44,379 nt of DNA from contig CAILKA010000097.1 of NCBI GenBank assembly GCA_903834645.1, forward strand, positions 1 through 44,379, read 5' to 3'. Origin of the DNA: an uncultured beta proteobacterium (GTDB lineage: Bacteria > Pseudomonadota > Gammaproteobacteria > Burkholderiales > Burkholderiaceae_C). Made by a program: the position numbers and the translations under genes. This document shows positions 27,523 through 37,645 of the stretch, piece after piece. A model generated the notes under the pieces. The model was not told the origin of the DNA. It worked only from the letters and a program-made list of their open reading frames with translations, and did no database searches. How positions within the stretch are numbered: the first letter of the stretch is position 1; every line of letters begins with the position of its first letter.

Positions 27523-29181
27523 TCAGATCGATCGCTCACGGCCTTGCCAGAAGCGCTGGCGCACCAGGTTGCGCTGCAGCTTGCCGCTGCCCGTGTGCGG
27601 CAAGGCGGTGTCGAACACGATCTCCCGCGGGCACTTGAAGCGGGCCAGGTGTTGCGTGGCGTGCGCCTTGAGCGCCTCGGCCAGCGGGTGTCCGGGCTCA
27701 TGGCCGGCCGCCGGCACCACGACCGCGACGACCTTCTCGCCCCACTCGTCATCGGGCGCGCCGACCGTGCAGACGTCCTGCACGGCCGGATGGCGCATCA
27801 GCGCCTCGTCCACCTCGCGGGGATAGATGTTCACGCCGCCGGAAATGATGCACTCGGCCGCGCGACCGGTCAGGAAGAGGAAGCCCTCCTCGTCCACGTA
27901 GCCAAGGTCGCCGAGCGTGAAGCGGTCTCCCGCGTAGGCGGCGGCGGTCTTGGCTGGGTCACCGAAGTACTCGAAGCGGCCGGTGGCGGGGGCCTGGAAA
28001 TAGATCCGGCCCACCGTGCCGACGGGCACGTCGTGCCCGTGCTCGTCGAGGATGCGGTGGCCCAGCGAGGGGTCCATCCGGCCGACGGTTCCGGGCTTGA
28101 GCAGCCATTGCTGCGAGTCCACGTGGATGCCGTGGCCGCCCTCCGTGGCCGCGTAGTACTCCGTGAGCACCGGGCCGAGCCAGTCGATGATGGCCCGCTT
28201 GGTGGAAACCGAGCACGGTGCCGCGCCGTGCACCAGGAAGCGCAGGCTGCGCAGGTCATGGCGCGCGCGCACGGCAGGCTCCAGGGCGAGCAGGCGCTGG
28301 AACATGGTCGGTACCATGTGGGCATGGGTGACACGGTGGCGCTCGATGAGGCGCAGCACCTGCAGCGCATCCCACTTCTCGAGCATCACGATGGGAACGC
28401 CCGAGGACAGGGGCCAGCGCAGGTCGAACAGCAGCGGCGCGGAGTGGTATGCGGGGCCCGCGCACAGGGCCACGTCACCGGGCTGGTAGTCGGCAAAGCT
28501 GCCGGCGTACTGCGGCTCCACCACCTCCGGTTCGCGCCGAAAGACCCCCTTGGGCCGCCCGGTGGTTCCGGAGGTGTAGAGCATCAGCGTGCCCGCCTCG
28601 GCAGAGGCCAACTCGGTGTCGGGCTGCGCCGACAAGACGGTCTCGAAGTCGTCCGCGCCCGACCCGTCGATGATCAGCCTTCTCACGCTGTCGCCAGCCA
28701 GGCCCGGCGCATCAAGCGCCTGCTCGACCACCAGCACCCGCGCCCCGCAGTCCTGCACGATGTAGCGCACTTCCGCGGCCGTGAGGTGCGTGTTGATGGG
28801 CGTGAGCCGCAAGCCGCAGCGCATCGCGGCCAGGAACACCTCGATGAACTCGGCGCGGTTGCGGCACAGCAACGCCAGCGCATCGCCAGGCTGGAGGCCG
28901 CCCGCGCGCAAGGCGTGCACCAGCTGGTTGGCGCGCCGGTGCAGCTGCGCGAAGCTGCGCACGCCTTGCGGGGCGTGCACCGCCACGCCGTCTGGCCACA
29001 GGCGGGCGAAGACAGCCGACTGCGTCCACGTCCGGGAGCGTTGGCGGAGCTCTTCGGCGTACGGCCGGAAGTCAGGCGGTGGTGTCACGGCGAGGAAGGG
29101 TGCGACGGTCTCGGGGCGCGACGGGGCGCCCGGAGCTGCGCCGGGGCGCGCGCTCTTATTGACGGTTTGTATATTACGCAC
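27523..29181 (-). CDS. AMP-binding acyl-CoA synthetase (fatty acid-CoA ligase)
   Basis: YTSGTTGRPKG, EYYAATEG, GDLGYVD, IISGGVNIYP and SGK. The true start may be downstream (e.g. GTG 29088), because an operator lies within the first codons. Confidence 0.9.
   Translation of the reverse strand: MRNIQTVNKSARPGAAPGAPSRPETVAPFLAVTPPPDFRPYAEELRQRSRTWTQSAVFARLWPDGVAVHAPQGVRSFAQLHRRANQLVHALRAGGLQPGDALALLCRNRAEFIEVFLAAMRCGLRLTPINTHLTAAEVRYIVQDCGARVLVVEQALDAPGLAGDSVRRLIIDGSGADDFETVLSAQPDTELASAEAGTLMLYTSGTTGRPKGVFRREPEVVEPQYAGSFADYQPGDVALCAGPAYHSAPLLFDLRWPLSSGVPIVMLEKWDALQVLRLIERHRVTHAHMVPTMFQRLLALEPAVRARHDLRSLRFLVHGAAPCSVSTKRAIIDWLGPVLTEYYAATEGGHGIHVDSQQWLLKPGTVGRMDPSLGHRILDEHGHDVPVGTVGRIYFQAPATGRFEYFGDPAKTAAAYAGDRFTLGDLGYVDEEGFLFLTGRAAECIISGGVNIYPREVDEALMRHPAVQDVCTVGAPDDEWGEKVVAVVVPAAGHEPGHPLAEALKAHATQHLARFKCPREIVFDTALPHTGSGKLQRNLVRQRFWQGRERSI
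29157..29176 (+). promoter_or_regulatory. Putative TetR operator at the acyl-CoA ligase 5' end
   Basis: TATTGACGGTTTGTATATTA. Confidence 0.65.
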
Positions 29182-29266
29182 TCTCTCCTGTCCAGAGGGT
29201 TTGTCCGACTCGATCCTGTGCCGCGTGCGCAGGATCGAGGGCCGTGACGGCCTGTGCCCCGCCCGC

Positions 29267-29339
29267 TATTGACGATCAGGCAAATAGCTATTGACAGGGC
29301 TTCGGGCCTTCTCTAGCCTTATTGACGCTTTGTACAAGA
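29267..29339 (+). promoter_or_regulatory. Sigma70 promoter of TonB receptor 2, flanked by two putative TetR operators
   Basis: TTGACA (29291-29296)-17 bp-TAGCCT (29314-29319). Operators are TATTGACGATCAGGCAAATA (29267-29286) and TATTGACGCTTTGTACAAGA (29320-29339). Confidence 0.75.
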
Positions 29340-29412
29340 GTGCCCGGGTGCCCCTGCACCAGGCGCACGGCGGATCAGGGATCCACACGAATCCCCCCCA
29401 CTGGAGACCCCC

Positions 29413-31803
29413 ATGCAGCACGTCGTCCAACGCCCATCCGCGCGCCTGCGCCTCACGTTTGTTGCCGCCGCCGTGGCGGTCCTCGCCGCTCCGGCGAATG
29501 GCCTGGCGCAGCAGGCGCCTGCTCCGGCCGACAGCGCCGAGCAGTCTTCGCTGGAGAGCGTCACCATCACCGCACGCAAGCGCAGCGAGGCGGCGCAGTC
29601 GGTGCCGATCGCCATCAGCGCCTTCAACGCCGACAGCCTGGAGCGCGCCAAGATCACGGGTGCGGCCGACCTGCAGTTTTCGATCCCCAACGCGGTGCTC
29701 ACCGGCAATGACCGCTTTACGATCCGGGGCATCGGCAACAACTCGCTGGGCGGCGACAACGGGGTGGGACTGGCGATCAATGGCGCCTCCATCGCTGTCT
29801 ACCCGCAAAACGAGCTCTACGACATGGACCGCATCGAGGTCCTGCGCGGTCCGCAGGGCACTCTGTTCGGCCGCAACACCACTGGCGGCGCGCTGGCCCT
29901 GTACACCAAGCGGCCCACCGCCAACCGCGAAGGCAGCATGTCGCTGGAGCTCGGCAACTACAGCCAGCGCCGCGTGGGCGGCATGCTCAACCTGCCTGTG
30001 AGCGATAACCTGCGCCAGCGCTTTGCAGGCTACGCGCTCAAGCGAGACGGCTTCACGCGCAACGAGTTCACCGGCAACAGGATCGACGGGCGCGATCAGT
30101 ACAGCCTTCGCAGCTCCACCAGTGTCTTCCTGGGCGACAAGACCGAAATCCACCTCGTGCTGTCGGGCTACGACGAGGACAGCTCCCGAACCCGCGAGGC
30201 CAAGCGGCTTTGCAAGGCCAGCCCCGTGCTCGGTTGCAGCCCCAACGAGCTGGGCTACGACTCGCCGGACTACAACGCGACGCTCTTCCGGTCGCTGGCC
30301 GGACCGCTGACCGGCCTGGGCTTTGTCCCGGCAGGCAGCAACATCTACGCCGGTGCCCCCAACCCGACCGACTTGCGCGCAGTGGCGGCAGACTTCGATG
30401 CCACCTTCAGGCTCAAGCAGGAGTCGGCGACGCTGGAGATCAGCCGCGACATGGGCTGGGCCTCGCTGACCTACGTGGGCGGCTTCTCGCGCTCCAGTTC
30501 GGAGCAGAACACCGACTGGGACAACTCGGCCCTGCCGTTTCGCTTCACCCGGCCCATCACCTACAACATGTCGCGCAGCATGACGGTGACGACCGACCGG
30601 TTGCTGACCACCGACAGCTTCACCTCCCGCGAGAAGACCTCCACGCACGAGGTGCGCCTGGCCTCCTCGGGCAAGGGCCCCTTCTCCTACACGACGGGCC
30701 TGTTCCACCTCGAGAGCGAAGGCGGCGGCGGCTTCTTCATCTGGCACCCCTACTTCGAGCTGATCCAGAAGGTGCAGGGGCGGCCGGCCGAGACGTGGTT
30801 CGTCAACACCGAGACCCAAAAGTCGACGACGCAGGCCAGTGCCTGGTTCGGCGAGGGGCAGTGGCGCCTGTCGGACAAGCTGCGGGCCACGCTGGGCGCA
30901 CGCTGGACCACCGAGCAGAAGACAACGATCTCGCGCTCCATCGTGCTGTCCCCATCCGTGCCCTTCACGGAGAAGCCTGCCCTGGACTGGAGCTGGTGGA
31001 CGGGCCGCACCTCCATCGATTACGCCCCGAGCAAGGATCTGCTCTTCTACGGCAGCGTGGCCACCGGCTACAAGGGCGGCGGCTTCAACGTGGGCAACAA
31101 CATCAAGCCCACCTTTGAGCCCGAGACCGTCACGGCCTACGAGGCTGGCATGAAGAGCGAGATGCTCAGGGGCACGCTCAGAGCCAACCTATCGGTCTTC
31201 CAGAACGACTACAAGAACATGCAGCTGGCGCAGCGGATCAACGCCTCGGCCGTCACCGCCAACGCCGACGCCAAGACCTCCGGCGTAGAGGCCGAGCTCC
31301 TGTTCGCGCCCAGCCGCGCCTGGCTCTTCGACGCGAACATTTCGCTGCTTCGCACCCGCATCGGCAACTTCCTCACCGAAGACGCCGCCAACCCCGGGCA
31401 AAGCCTGACGACCAAGACCCCGACCGTTCAGGTCAACCTGGCCGGCAAGAAGCTGCCGCACTCGCCCGAGGCCAAGCTCAAGCTGGGCGCCCAGTACACG
31501 ACCAAGCTTTTCAACACCGGGTGGACGGTGACTTCCCGCATCGACCACGTCTGGCAGGACCAGTACTACGCGCGTGAGTTCAACACGCCCACCGACCTGA
31601 TCAAGTCCTGGAGCGTGACGAACCTGCAGCTGCGCCTGGCCAACCCCAAGGGCAACGTGCTGATCAAGGGCTATGTCAAGAACCTGAGCGACGCCGACAA
31701 CATCACCAACATCATCATCGAGGACGCGCTGGTGGGGAACTACCGCAACGCGCGGCTGCTCGACCCGCGCACCGTCGGGGTTCAGGTCGAGTACAAGTTC
31801 TGA
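29413..31803 (+). CDS. TonB-dependent receptor 2
   Basis: GGAG RBS, signal peptide, ESVTITARKR TonB box region, RIEVLRGPQGTLFGRN and C-terminal VEYKF. Confidence 0.95.
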   Translation: MQHVVQRPSARLRLTFVAAAVAVLAAPANGLAQQAPAPADSAEQSSLESVTITARKRSEAAQSVPIAISAFNADSLERAKITGAADLQFSIPNAVLTGNDRFTIRGIGNNSLGGDNGVGLAINGASIAVYPQNELYDMDRIEVLRGPQGTLFGRNTTGGALALYTKRPTANREGSMSLELGNYSQRRVGGMLNLPVSDNLRQRFAGYALKRDGFTRNEFTGNRIDGRDQYSLRSSTSVFLGDKTEIHLVLSGYDEDSSRTREAKRLCKASPVLGCSPNELGYDSPDYNATLFRSLAGPLTGLGFVPAGSNIYAGAPNPTDLRAVAADFDATFRLKQESATLEISRDMGWASLTYVGGFSRSSSEQNTDWDNSALPFRFTRPITYNMSRSMTVTTDRLLTTDSFTSREKTSTHEVRLASSGKGPFSYTTGLFHLESEGGGGFFIWHPYFELIQKVQGRPAETWFVNTETQKSTTQASAWFGEGQWRLSDKLRATLGARWTTEQKTTISRSIVLSPSVPFTEKPALDWSWWTGRTSIDYAPSKDLLFYGSVATGYKGGGFNVGNNIKPTFEPETVTAYEAGMKSEMLRGTLRANLSVFQNDYKNMQLAQRINASAVTANADAKTSGVEAELLFAPSRAWLFDANISLLRTRIGNFLTEDAANPGQSLTTKTPTVQVNLAGKKLPHSPEAKLKLGAQYTTKLFNTGWTVTSRIDHVWQDQYYAREFNTPTDLIKSWSVTNLQLRLANPKGNVLIKGYVKNLSDADNITNIIIEDALVGNYRNARLLDPRTVGVQVEYKF

Positions 31804-31823
31804 CGGGCTGAGCCAGTCCCGCG

Positions 31824-32939
31824 GTGGACTTCGATCTCTCCGACGAGCAGCGCCTGCTGCAGGAGAGCGCCGCGCGCTACGTCAAGGAGCGGTGCAGCTT
31901 CGAGCAATGGCGGCGATGGCGCCGCGCCGGCCTGCAGCCGGGGCGCCGGGCGTGGGCGGAGTTTGCGCAGATGGGGTGGCTGGCCCTGCCCTTCGATTCG
32001 GCCGACGGCGGAATGGATGGCGGCCCGCTCGAGACCATGCTGCTGGTGCAGGCGTTGGGCCGCGGCCTCGTGGCCGAGCCGTACCAGCAGACCGTCGTCC
32101 AGGCTGGTGAGGTGCTGCGCGCCAGTGCGCCGTGTGCGGCGCGGTCGCGGCGCATCGAGGCACTGATCCAGGGTCGCTGCCAGGTGGTCATGGCCTGCGA
32201 CGAGCTGCCGGCGCGCTACGACCGCTCCTGGGTTCAGGCCTCGGCGCAGCCCGCGGGACGCGGCTGGAGCCTGCGCGGCAGCAAGGCCGTGGTCGTCGGG
32301 GGCGATGCCGCCGACGCCTTCGTCGTCTCGGCCCGTGCACCCGACGGCCTGGCGCTCTTCTGGGTGGAGGCGACGGCTCCCGGGCTGCGGCGCCGGGACT
32401 ACCCCCTGGTGGACGGGGAGCGGGGGGCAGACCTGACGCTGCTGGATGTCCACGTCGGCGAATCCGAGCGCCTGAGTGCCACGGGCCAGGCCGAGGAGCT
32501 CCTGGAGCGCGCCACCGACACCGCCCTGGCAGCCCTGGGCGCCGAAGCCCTCGGGCTGGCAGACCTCTTGCTCGACCAGACCCTTCAGCACACGCGCCAG
32601 CGGCGGCAGTTCGGTCAGGCCCTGGCGCAGTTCCAGGCGCTGCGCCACCGGATGGTAGACATGTACATGCAGGTGGAGCAGCTGCGCTCGGCCGTCATCC
32701 TGGCCACCTTGCGGCTGGCCGAGCACGATCCCGACACGGCTCGCGTGCTGTCTGCGCTGAAGGTCCAGGTGGGCAAGGTCGGCCGCTTCGTCAGCCAGCA
32801 GGCCGTGCAGCTGCATGGCGGCATGGGCATGACTGACGAGATCGTCGTAGGCCACGCCTTCAAGCGCCTGCTGGCACTGGATGCGCAACTCGGCAACGTG
32901 GATCACCACCTGCGCCGGTTTGCCGCCCTGAGCGCGTGA
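31824..32939 (+). CDS. Acyl-CoA dehydrogenase, PimD/FadE28-like (partner subunit type)
   Basis: MDFDLSDEQRLL, RRQFGQALAQFQALRHR and QLHGGMGMTDE. Lacks the canonical SEP..GSD and C-terminal YEG motifs. Confidence 0.9.
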   Translation: MDFDLSDEQRLLQESAARYVKERCSFEQWRRWRRAGLQPGRRAWAEFAQMGWLALPFDSADGGMDGGPLETMLLVQALGRGLVAEPYQQTVVQAGEVLRASAPCAARSRRIEALIQGRCQVVMACDELPARYDRSWVQASAQPAGRGWSLRGSKAVVVGGDAADAFVVSARAPDGLALFWVEATAPGLRRRDYPLVDGERGADLTLLDVHVGESERLSATGQAEELLERATDTALAALGAEALGLADLLLDQTLQHTRQRRQFGQALAQFQALRHRMVDMYMQVEQLRSAVILATLRLAEHDPDTARVLSALKVQVGKVGRFVSQQAVQLHGGMGMTDEIVVGHAFKRLLALDAQLGNVDHHLRRFAALSA

Positions 32940-35026
32940 AGACCGCCGCCGAGCACGACCCGGCCTGGGTGCTGCGCGAGGTGCTGGGGCCGGTGGTCGT
33001 GCTGCGGCTGGCGCGCCCGCCGGTCAATGCCTTGTCGCCTGCGCTGGCGCAGGCCCTCGCACAGGCCTTGCGGGAGCTGGCCGATCGGCAGGACTGCCAG
33101 GCCATCGTGGTGGCCGCGCAGGGCCGATGCTTCAGCGCGGGCGCCGACATTCACGCCTTCGGCCATGCGGCAGGCGACCCGCACGAGCTACCCGGCCAGA
33201 TCGAGACCTGTCCCAAGCCCGTGGTGGCGGCCCTGCATGGCGACACCCTGGGCGCAGGCCTGGAACTGGGTCTGGCCTGCCGCGCCCGCGTGGCCCGGGA
33301 GGACACGCGGCTGGGCCTGCCGGAGATCACCCTCGGGCTGATTCCGGGCGCTGGTGGCACGCAGCGCCTGCCGCGCCTGATCGGCGCTGACGCCGCGCGC
33401 GCCCTGATGCTCAGCGGGCAGTTCCTGCATGCGAGGGAGGCGCTCGCCGTGGGCCTCGTCGACGAAGTGACCCCCGGCGATCCCGTGGATGTGGCCTGTG
33501 CACTGGCCCTGCGGCTGGCCGCGGGCTCCTGGAGCCGTGCGCGGCCGCGTGGGCTGCCGCTGGGCGAGTCGCTGCCGGTGCCAAAGGGCAGGCTGCCGCA
33601 GCCCGCGGCCCAGGTGCTGGAGGCCTGTCTGGCGGCGGCCCTGGAGCGGCCGCTGGCCGAGGGGCTGGCCCTGGAGGCGCTCGGGTTCGCGCAGTGCCTG
33701 CATGCGCCGGAGTCCCGGGCCCTGCGCCATGCTTTCGCGGCCGAGCGCCGCTCGCGGCAGGTCCCGGACCTGCCTGCAGGCCTGCGGCCGCGCACCCTGG
33801 AGCGGGCCACGGTCGTGGGTGCCGGCACCATGGGCCACGGCATCGCCATCTGCCTGGCCGCAGCCGGCATCCAGGTGGATTTGGTGGACCCGGATGCCGC
33901 AGCGCGCGGCCGAGCCCTCCTGGCGATCGAGAACCATCACGCGCAGCAGCTCCGTCGTGGCCGCCTCCAGGCGCAGGAGGCAAGCGCGCGCACGGCCCGC
34001 GTGCAGGCGCACGCGCAACTGTCGTGCGCGGCCGATGCCGACCTCGTGGTGGAGGCCGTCTACGAGAGCATGGCGCTCAAGTGCGCCCTCTTCGAGGCGC
34101 TCGACCGCGTGTGCCGACCCGGCGCGCTGCTGGCCACCAATACCTCGACGCTGGACGTCGACCGTATCGCCGCAGCCACGCAGCGCCCCGAGGACGTGCT
34201 CGGTCTGCACTTCTTCAGCCCTGCGCCGGCGATGCGACTGCTGGAGGTGGTGCGCGGCGCGCGGACCTCTCCCCAAGCGCTGTTCGACGGCCTGGCCCTG
34301 GCGCGGCGGCTGGGCAAGATACCGGTGGTGGCCCGCGTGGCTCCGGGCTTCATCGGCAATCGCATGGTGGGCCCTTATGGCCGCCAGGCGGAGCGGCTGC
34401 TGCTGGAGGGCGCCACGCCGCAGCAGGTGGACCGCGCCCTGGTGGCTTTCGGGTTTCCAATGGGGCCGCACTCGGTGGGAGACCTGGTGGGGCTGGATGT
34501 GGGCGTACGCGCCGCCGCAGAGGGCGGGGCGCGGGGCGACCCGCGGGATGGGGCCATCGCCCGGCGGCTCGTGGCGCTGGGTCGGCTCGGGCAGAAGACG
34601 GGCGCGGGCCTGTACCGCTACGAGGCGGGCTCGCGCGAGCCACTGGCAGACCCGCAGGTCGAGGCGATCATTCGCGAGGAGGCGCGACAGCTGGGCGTGC
34701 GCCGGCGTGAGATCGACGAGCAGGAGATCGTGCAGCGCTGCCTGCTGGCGCTCATCAACGAGGGGGCCGCACTGCTGGGCGAGGGCGTCGCTGCGCGCGC
34801 GAGCGACATCGACACGGTCTGGATCCACGGCTACGGTTTCCCGCGGTGGAAGGGCGGTCCGCTGCACCATGCCGATGCCCTGGGTCTGACGCAGGTGATG
34901 GAGGGACTGGCCCGCTGCAGCCGCATGAGCCCGCATGACGCGGCCCTGTGGGAGCCGGCGCCCCTTCTGGGCGAGCTGTCCCGCTCAGGCCGCAGCTTCG
35001 CCGACTGGGACGCGCAGCGAGCCTAG
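32936..35026 (+). CDS. Bifunctional enoyl-CoA hydratase / 3-hydroxyacyl-CoA dehydrogenase (PimF/FadN-like)
   Basis: FSAGADI, GAGLEL, LPEITLGLIPGAGGTQRLPR, then GAGTMG, EAVYE, TNTS, GLHFFSPA and GYGFP. Confidence 0.93.
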   Translation: MKTAAEHDPAWVLREVLGPVVVLRLARPPVNALSPALAQALAQALRELADRQDCQAIVVAAQGRCFSAGADIHAFGHAAGDPHELPGQIETCPKPVVAALHGDTLGAGLELGLACRARVAREDTRLGLPEITLGLIPGAGGTQRLPRLIGADAARALMLSGQFLHAREALAVGLVDEVTPGDPVDVACALALRLAAGSWSRARPRGLPLGESLPVPKGRLPQPAAQVLEACLAAALERPLAEGLALEALGFAQCLHAPESRALRHAFAAERRSRQVPDLPAGLRPRTLERATVVGAGTMGHGIAICLAAAGIQVDLVDPDAAARGRALLAIENHHAQQLRRGRLQAQEASARTARVQAHAQLSCAADADLVVEAVYESMALKCALFEALDRVCRPGALLATNTSTLDVDRIAAATQRPEDVLGLHFFSPAPAMRLLEVVRGARTSPQALFDGLALARRLGKIPVVARVAPGFIGNRMVGPYGRQAERLLLEGATPQQVDRALVAFGFPMGPHSVGDLVGLDVGVRAAAEGGARGDPRDGAIARRLVALGRLGQKTGAGLYRYEAGSREPLADPQVEAIIREEARQLGVRRREIDEQEIVQRCLLALINEGAALLGEGVAARASDIDTVWIHGYGFPRWKGGPLHHADALGLTQVMEGLARCSRMSPHDAALWEPAPLLGELSRSGRSFADWDAQRA

Positions 35027-36378
35027 GTGTCCGGGGAGGTGGCTGCGCGGCGCTGAAGCCTCAGCCTCAGCCGCTCGTGGCGCCGGGCGTCCAGCCCGTA
35101 GCGCAGCGTGATGAGCAGGGCCAGGCCCAGCACCACGCTGGGCACAAGCGCGTAGAGCACGCGCAGCGACGACAGTGCCGCCTCGCCCGTCTCGCCGGCG
35201 GCCCGGTAACCCACCCACGCCAGGGAATTGAGCGACAGGCCCTGGCCCACTGCCTGACCCAGGTTCGTGACCACCCCGCACCACGCGAAGAGCAGCCCGA
35301 CGCGCGACTTGCGGCTGATGGCCGTGTCCACGTCGGCGGCGTCGGCCAACATCGCTGCGGGCAGCAGATCCAGCGCGCCGAAGCAAAAGCCCTTGAGGAT
35401 GAACATGGCCGTGAAGAGCCCGACATCCCCCTTGCCGAGCCCGTACAGGCCGAGGTTGGTGGCGATTGCAATGGCCATGCCGGCAGCCAGCGCCTGGTGC
35501 TTGCTCGTGCGGCTGGCGCACCAGCGCCAGAAGGGTACGCCGACGAAGGCGCTGACGAAGTAGTAGACGTAGATCAGACCCAGGTTGGGCACGCCGATCA
35601 CGTCGCGCGCGTAGAACACCGTCAGGGTCTGCCGGAAGGTCTCCGCGCTGAAGCCGATGAAGAGCACGAGCAGGATGCAGCGCAGCGGGCCGTTGCGGCG
35701 CAGGGCGCGCCAGGCGGCCTTCCATTCGATGCGCGTGCGCGGCGGCGCGGGGCGCGCAGCGGGCTCGGGCGTGGCGTACAGGTTGAGGACGGCCACCAGT
35801 GGCAGAACGATGAGCGTCATCACGCTCAGCGCGTGCAGCACGTCCGAGGACTTGGCGCCCGGTTGGCTCAGCACGATGGCCGGCACCAGCGTGGAGACGA
35901 TGAGCCCGGCCGTGCCGAAGAACTGCCGCACCGAGGAGATGTGGGTGCGCTCATGGTAGTGAGGCGACAGCTCCGCCCCCCACGCGCGGTGCGGCACCTG
36001 AACGAGCGAGAAGCCGGCATACATCACGGCCAGCCACCCCAGGAAGTACGCCAGGCCCACCCCCTGTCCGGGGTTGAAGAGCTGCGTCATGCCCAGCAGG
36101 AGCACGATGACACCGATGACCAGGAACGGCTTGCGGCGCCCGAAGCGCGTGCGCAGGCGGTCGCTTGAGGCTCCGATGAAGGGGTCGACGAGGATGTCGA
36201 CCATCCGCGCCAGCATCATGGCCGTTCCGAGGGCGGCCAGCGACAACCCCATTTCGCCTGCATAGAAGGGCGCCAGGTAGATCGTCAGCGGCAGCCCGAT
36301 GGTGGACAGCGGCAGGGCCACCAAGCCGAAGGCCCAGACGGCCGGGCGTGTCAACACGGGTTGGGAGCTCTGCGTCAT
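35023..36378 (-). CDS. MFS transporter, GPH (MelB-like glycoside-pentoside-hexuronide) family
   Basis: ARMVDILVDPFIGASSDRLRTRFGRRKPF, AELSPHYHERT and MLADAADVD, with about 12 TM segments. Confidence 0.9.
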   Translation of the reverse strand: MTQSSQPVLTRPAVWAFGLVALPLSTIGLPLTIYLAPFYAGEMGLSLAALGTAMMLARMVDILVDPFIGASSDRLRTRFGRRKPFLVIGVIVLLLGMTQLFNPGQGVGLAYFLGWLAVMYAGFSLVQVPHRAWGAELSPHYHERTHISSVRQFFGTAGLIVSTLVPAIVLSQPGAKSSDVLHALSVMTLIVLPLVAVLNLYATPEPAARPAPPRTRIEWKAAWRALRRNGPLRCILLVLFIGFSAETFRQTLTVFYARDVIGVPNLGLIYVYYFVSAFVGVPFWRWCASRTSKHQALAAGMAIAIATNLGLYGLGKGDVGLFTAMFILKGFCFGALDLLPAAMLADAADVDTAISRKSRVGLLFAWCGVVTNLGQAVGQGLSLNSLAWVGYRAAGETGEAALSSLRVLYALVPSVVLGLALLITLRYGLDARRHERLRLRLQRRAATSPDT

Positions 36379-36421
36379 GGAAACGGCGCCAGCGCCGCAC
36401 CGAGCGGACTCGCGCCACGAT

Positions 36422-36441
36422 TATTGGAGCATCCGTCAATA
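36422..36441 (-). promoter_or_regulatory. Putative TetR operator upstream of the GPH transporter
   Basis: Minus strand TATTGACGGATGCTCCAATA. Confidence 0.7.
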
Positions 36442-36487
36442 AAGGAGGCGCTAGGTATTTGCACCCGGTGCGGGAGCGGCGGCGTCC

Positions 36488-37645
36488 TCAGGGCAGCGGC
36501 GCGGCGCCTGCGCTGGCTCGGCACCGGAAGACGGCGGCCGGCAGGCCGTCAGGGGAGCGGTAGTGTCGCTGCACCGCGTGCTCGACTTCGTCCATCGCCG
36601 CGGCGGGCAGCACCGCCACGACGCAGCCGCCGAAGCCGCCGCCCGTCATGCGGCAGCCGCCCTCGCCCGCCAGGACGCCGTCGACGATGGCCACCAGTTG
36701 GTCCACCGCCGGCACCGTGATCTCGAAGTCCTCGCGCATCGAGACGTGTGACTCGGCCATCAGCGTCGCCAGGTTGCGCAGCTCGCCTCGAGCCAGCGCC
36801 TCGGCCGCGCGCAGCGTGCGCTCGTTCTCGGTCAGCACGTGCCGGGCGCGGCGCAGGGTCAGCGGATCGAGCCCGCTGCCGGCGAGCTGACCGGCGGACA
36901 CATCGCGCAGCGCCGCCACCCCGAAGTGCCGGGCGGCTGCCTCGCAGGCGGCGCGACGCTCGTTGTAGTGGCTGTCCACCAGCCCCCGGCGCACCCGGGA
37001 GTGGGCAATCAGCACGCACAGGTCCGGCGGTATCGGGACGGCGCGCGTGGCCAGGCTGCGGCAATCGATCCACAGGGCACAGCCGGCTTCGCCGCGGCTG
37101 CTCACGAGCTGGTCCATGATGCCGCACTGGCACCCCACGAAGTGGTTCTCTGCGCGCTGCGCCATGCGGGCCAGGCCGGTGGGGTCGACACCACGCAGCG
37201 CGCCCACTGCCTGGCACGCGGTGCCCACGGCCACCGTCAGGGAGGCTGACGACGACAGGCCCGAGCCCTGGGGCACGTCGCCTGCGATCACGAGATCCAG
37301 GCCTGGGAGGTCCAGCTGCCCAGCCAGCGCCTCGCGCAGCATGCCGCGCACATAGCCCGTCCAGGGCCGGGCCGGCACTGGGGTGATGGGGACATCGAGC
37401 GCGAACGAGTCCCGGTCGGGCCCCTCATCCAGGGCCAGCACGTGCACCTGGCGATCGTCACGGGCCCGCACGGCGACGACCGTGGCGCGGTCGATGGCGC
37501 AGGGCAGCACGAAGCCCTCGTTGTAGTCGGTGTGCTCGCCAATCAGGTTCACGCGCCCGGGCGCCTGCACGCAGGCCTGCGGCCGGCCGCCGAAGGCCTT
37601 CGTGAAGGCCCCTGCCACGCGGGTGCGCAGTTCGGCCAGGCTCAT
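36488..37645 (-). CDS. galK: Galactokinase
   Basis: [36 protein letters not shown] and [13 protein letters not shown] overlap with galT. Confidence 0.96.
   Translation of the reverse strand: MSLAELRTRVAGAFTKAFGGRPQACVQAPGRVNLIGEHTDYNEGFVLPCAIDRATVVAVRARDDRQVHVLALDEGPDRDSFALDVPITPVPARPWTGYVRGMLREALAGQLDLPGLDLVIAGDVPQGSGLSSSASLTVAVGTACQAVGALRGVDPTGLARMAQRAENHFVGCQCGIMDQLVSSRGEAGCALWIDCRSLATRAVPIPPDLCVLIAHSRVRRGLVDSHYNERRAACEAAARHFGVAALRDVSAGQLAGSGLDPLTLRRARHVLTENERTLRAAEALARGELRNLATLMAESHVSMREDFEITVPAVDQLVAIVDGVLAGEGGCRMTGGGFGGCVVAVLPAAAMDEVEHAVQRHYRSPDGLPAAVFRCRASAGAAPLP

Noticed and set aside
29289-29308. Seventh TetR site starting TATTGACA
   Set aside because: It has no right half-site and is explained as the -35 box of the TBDR2 promoter.
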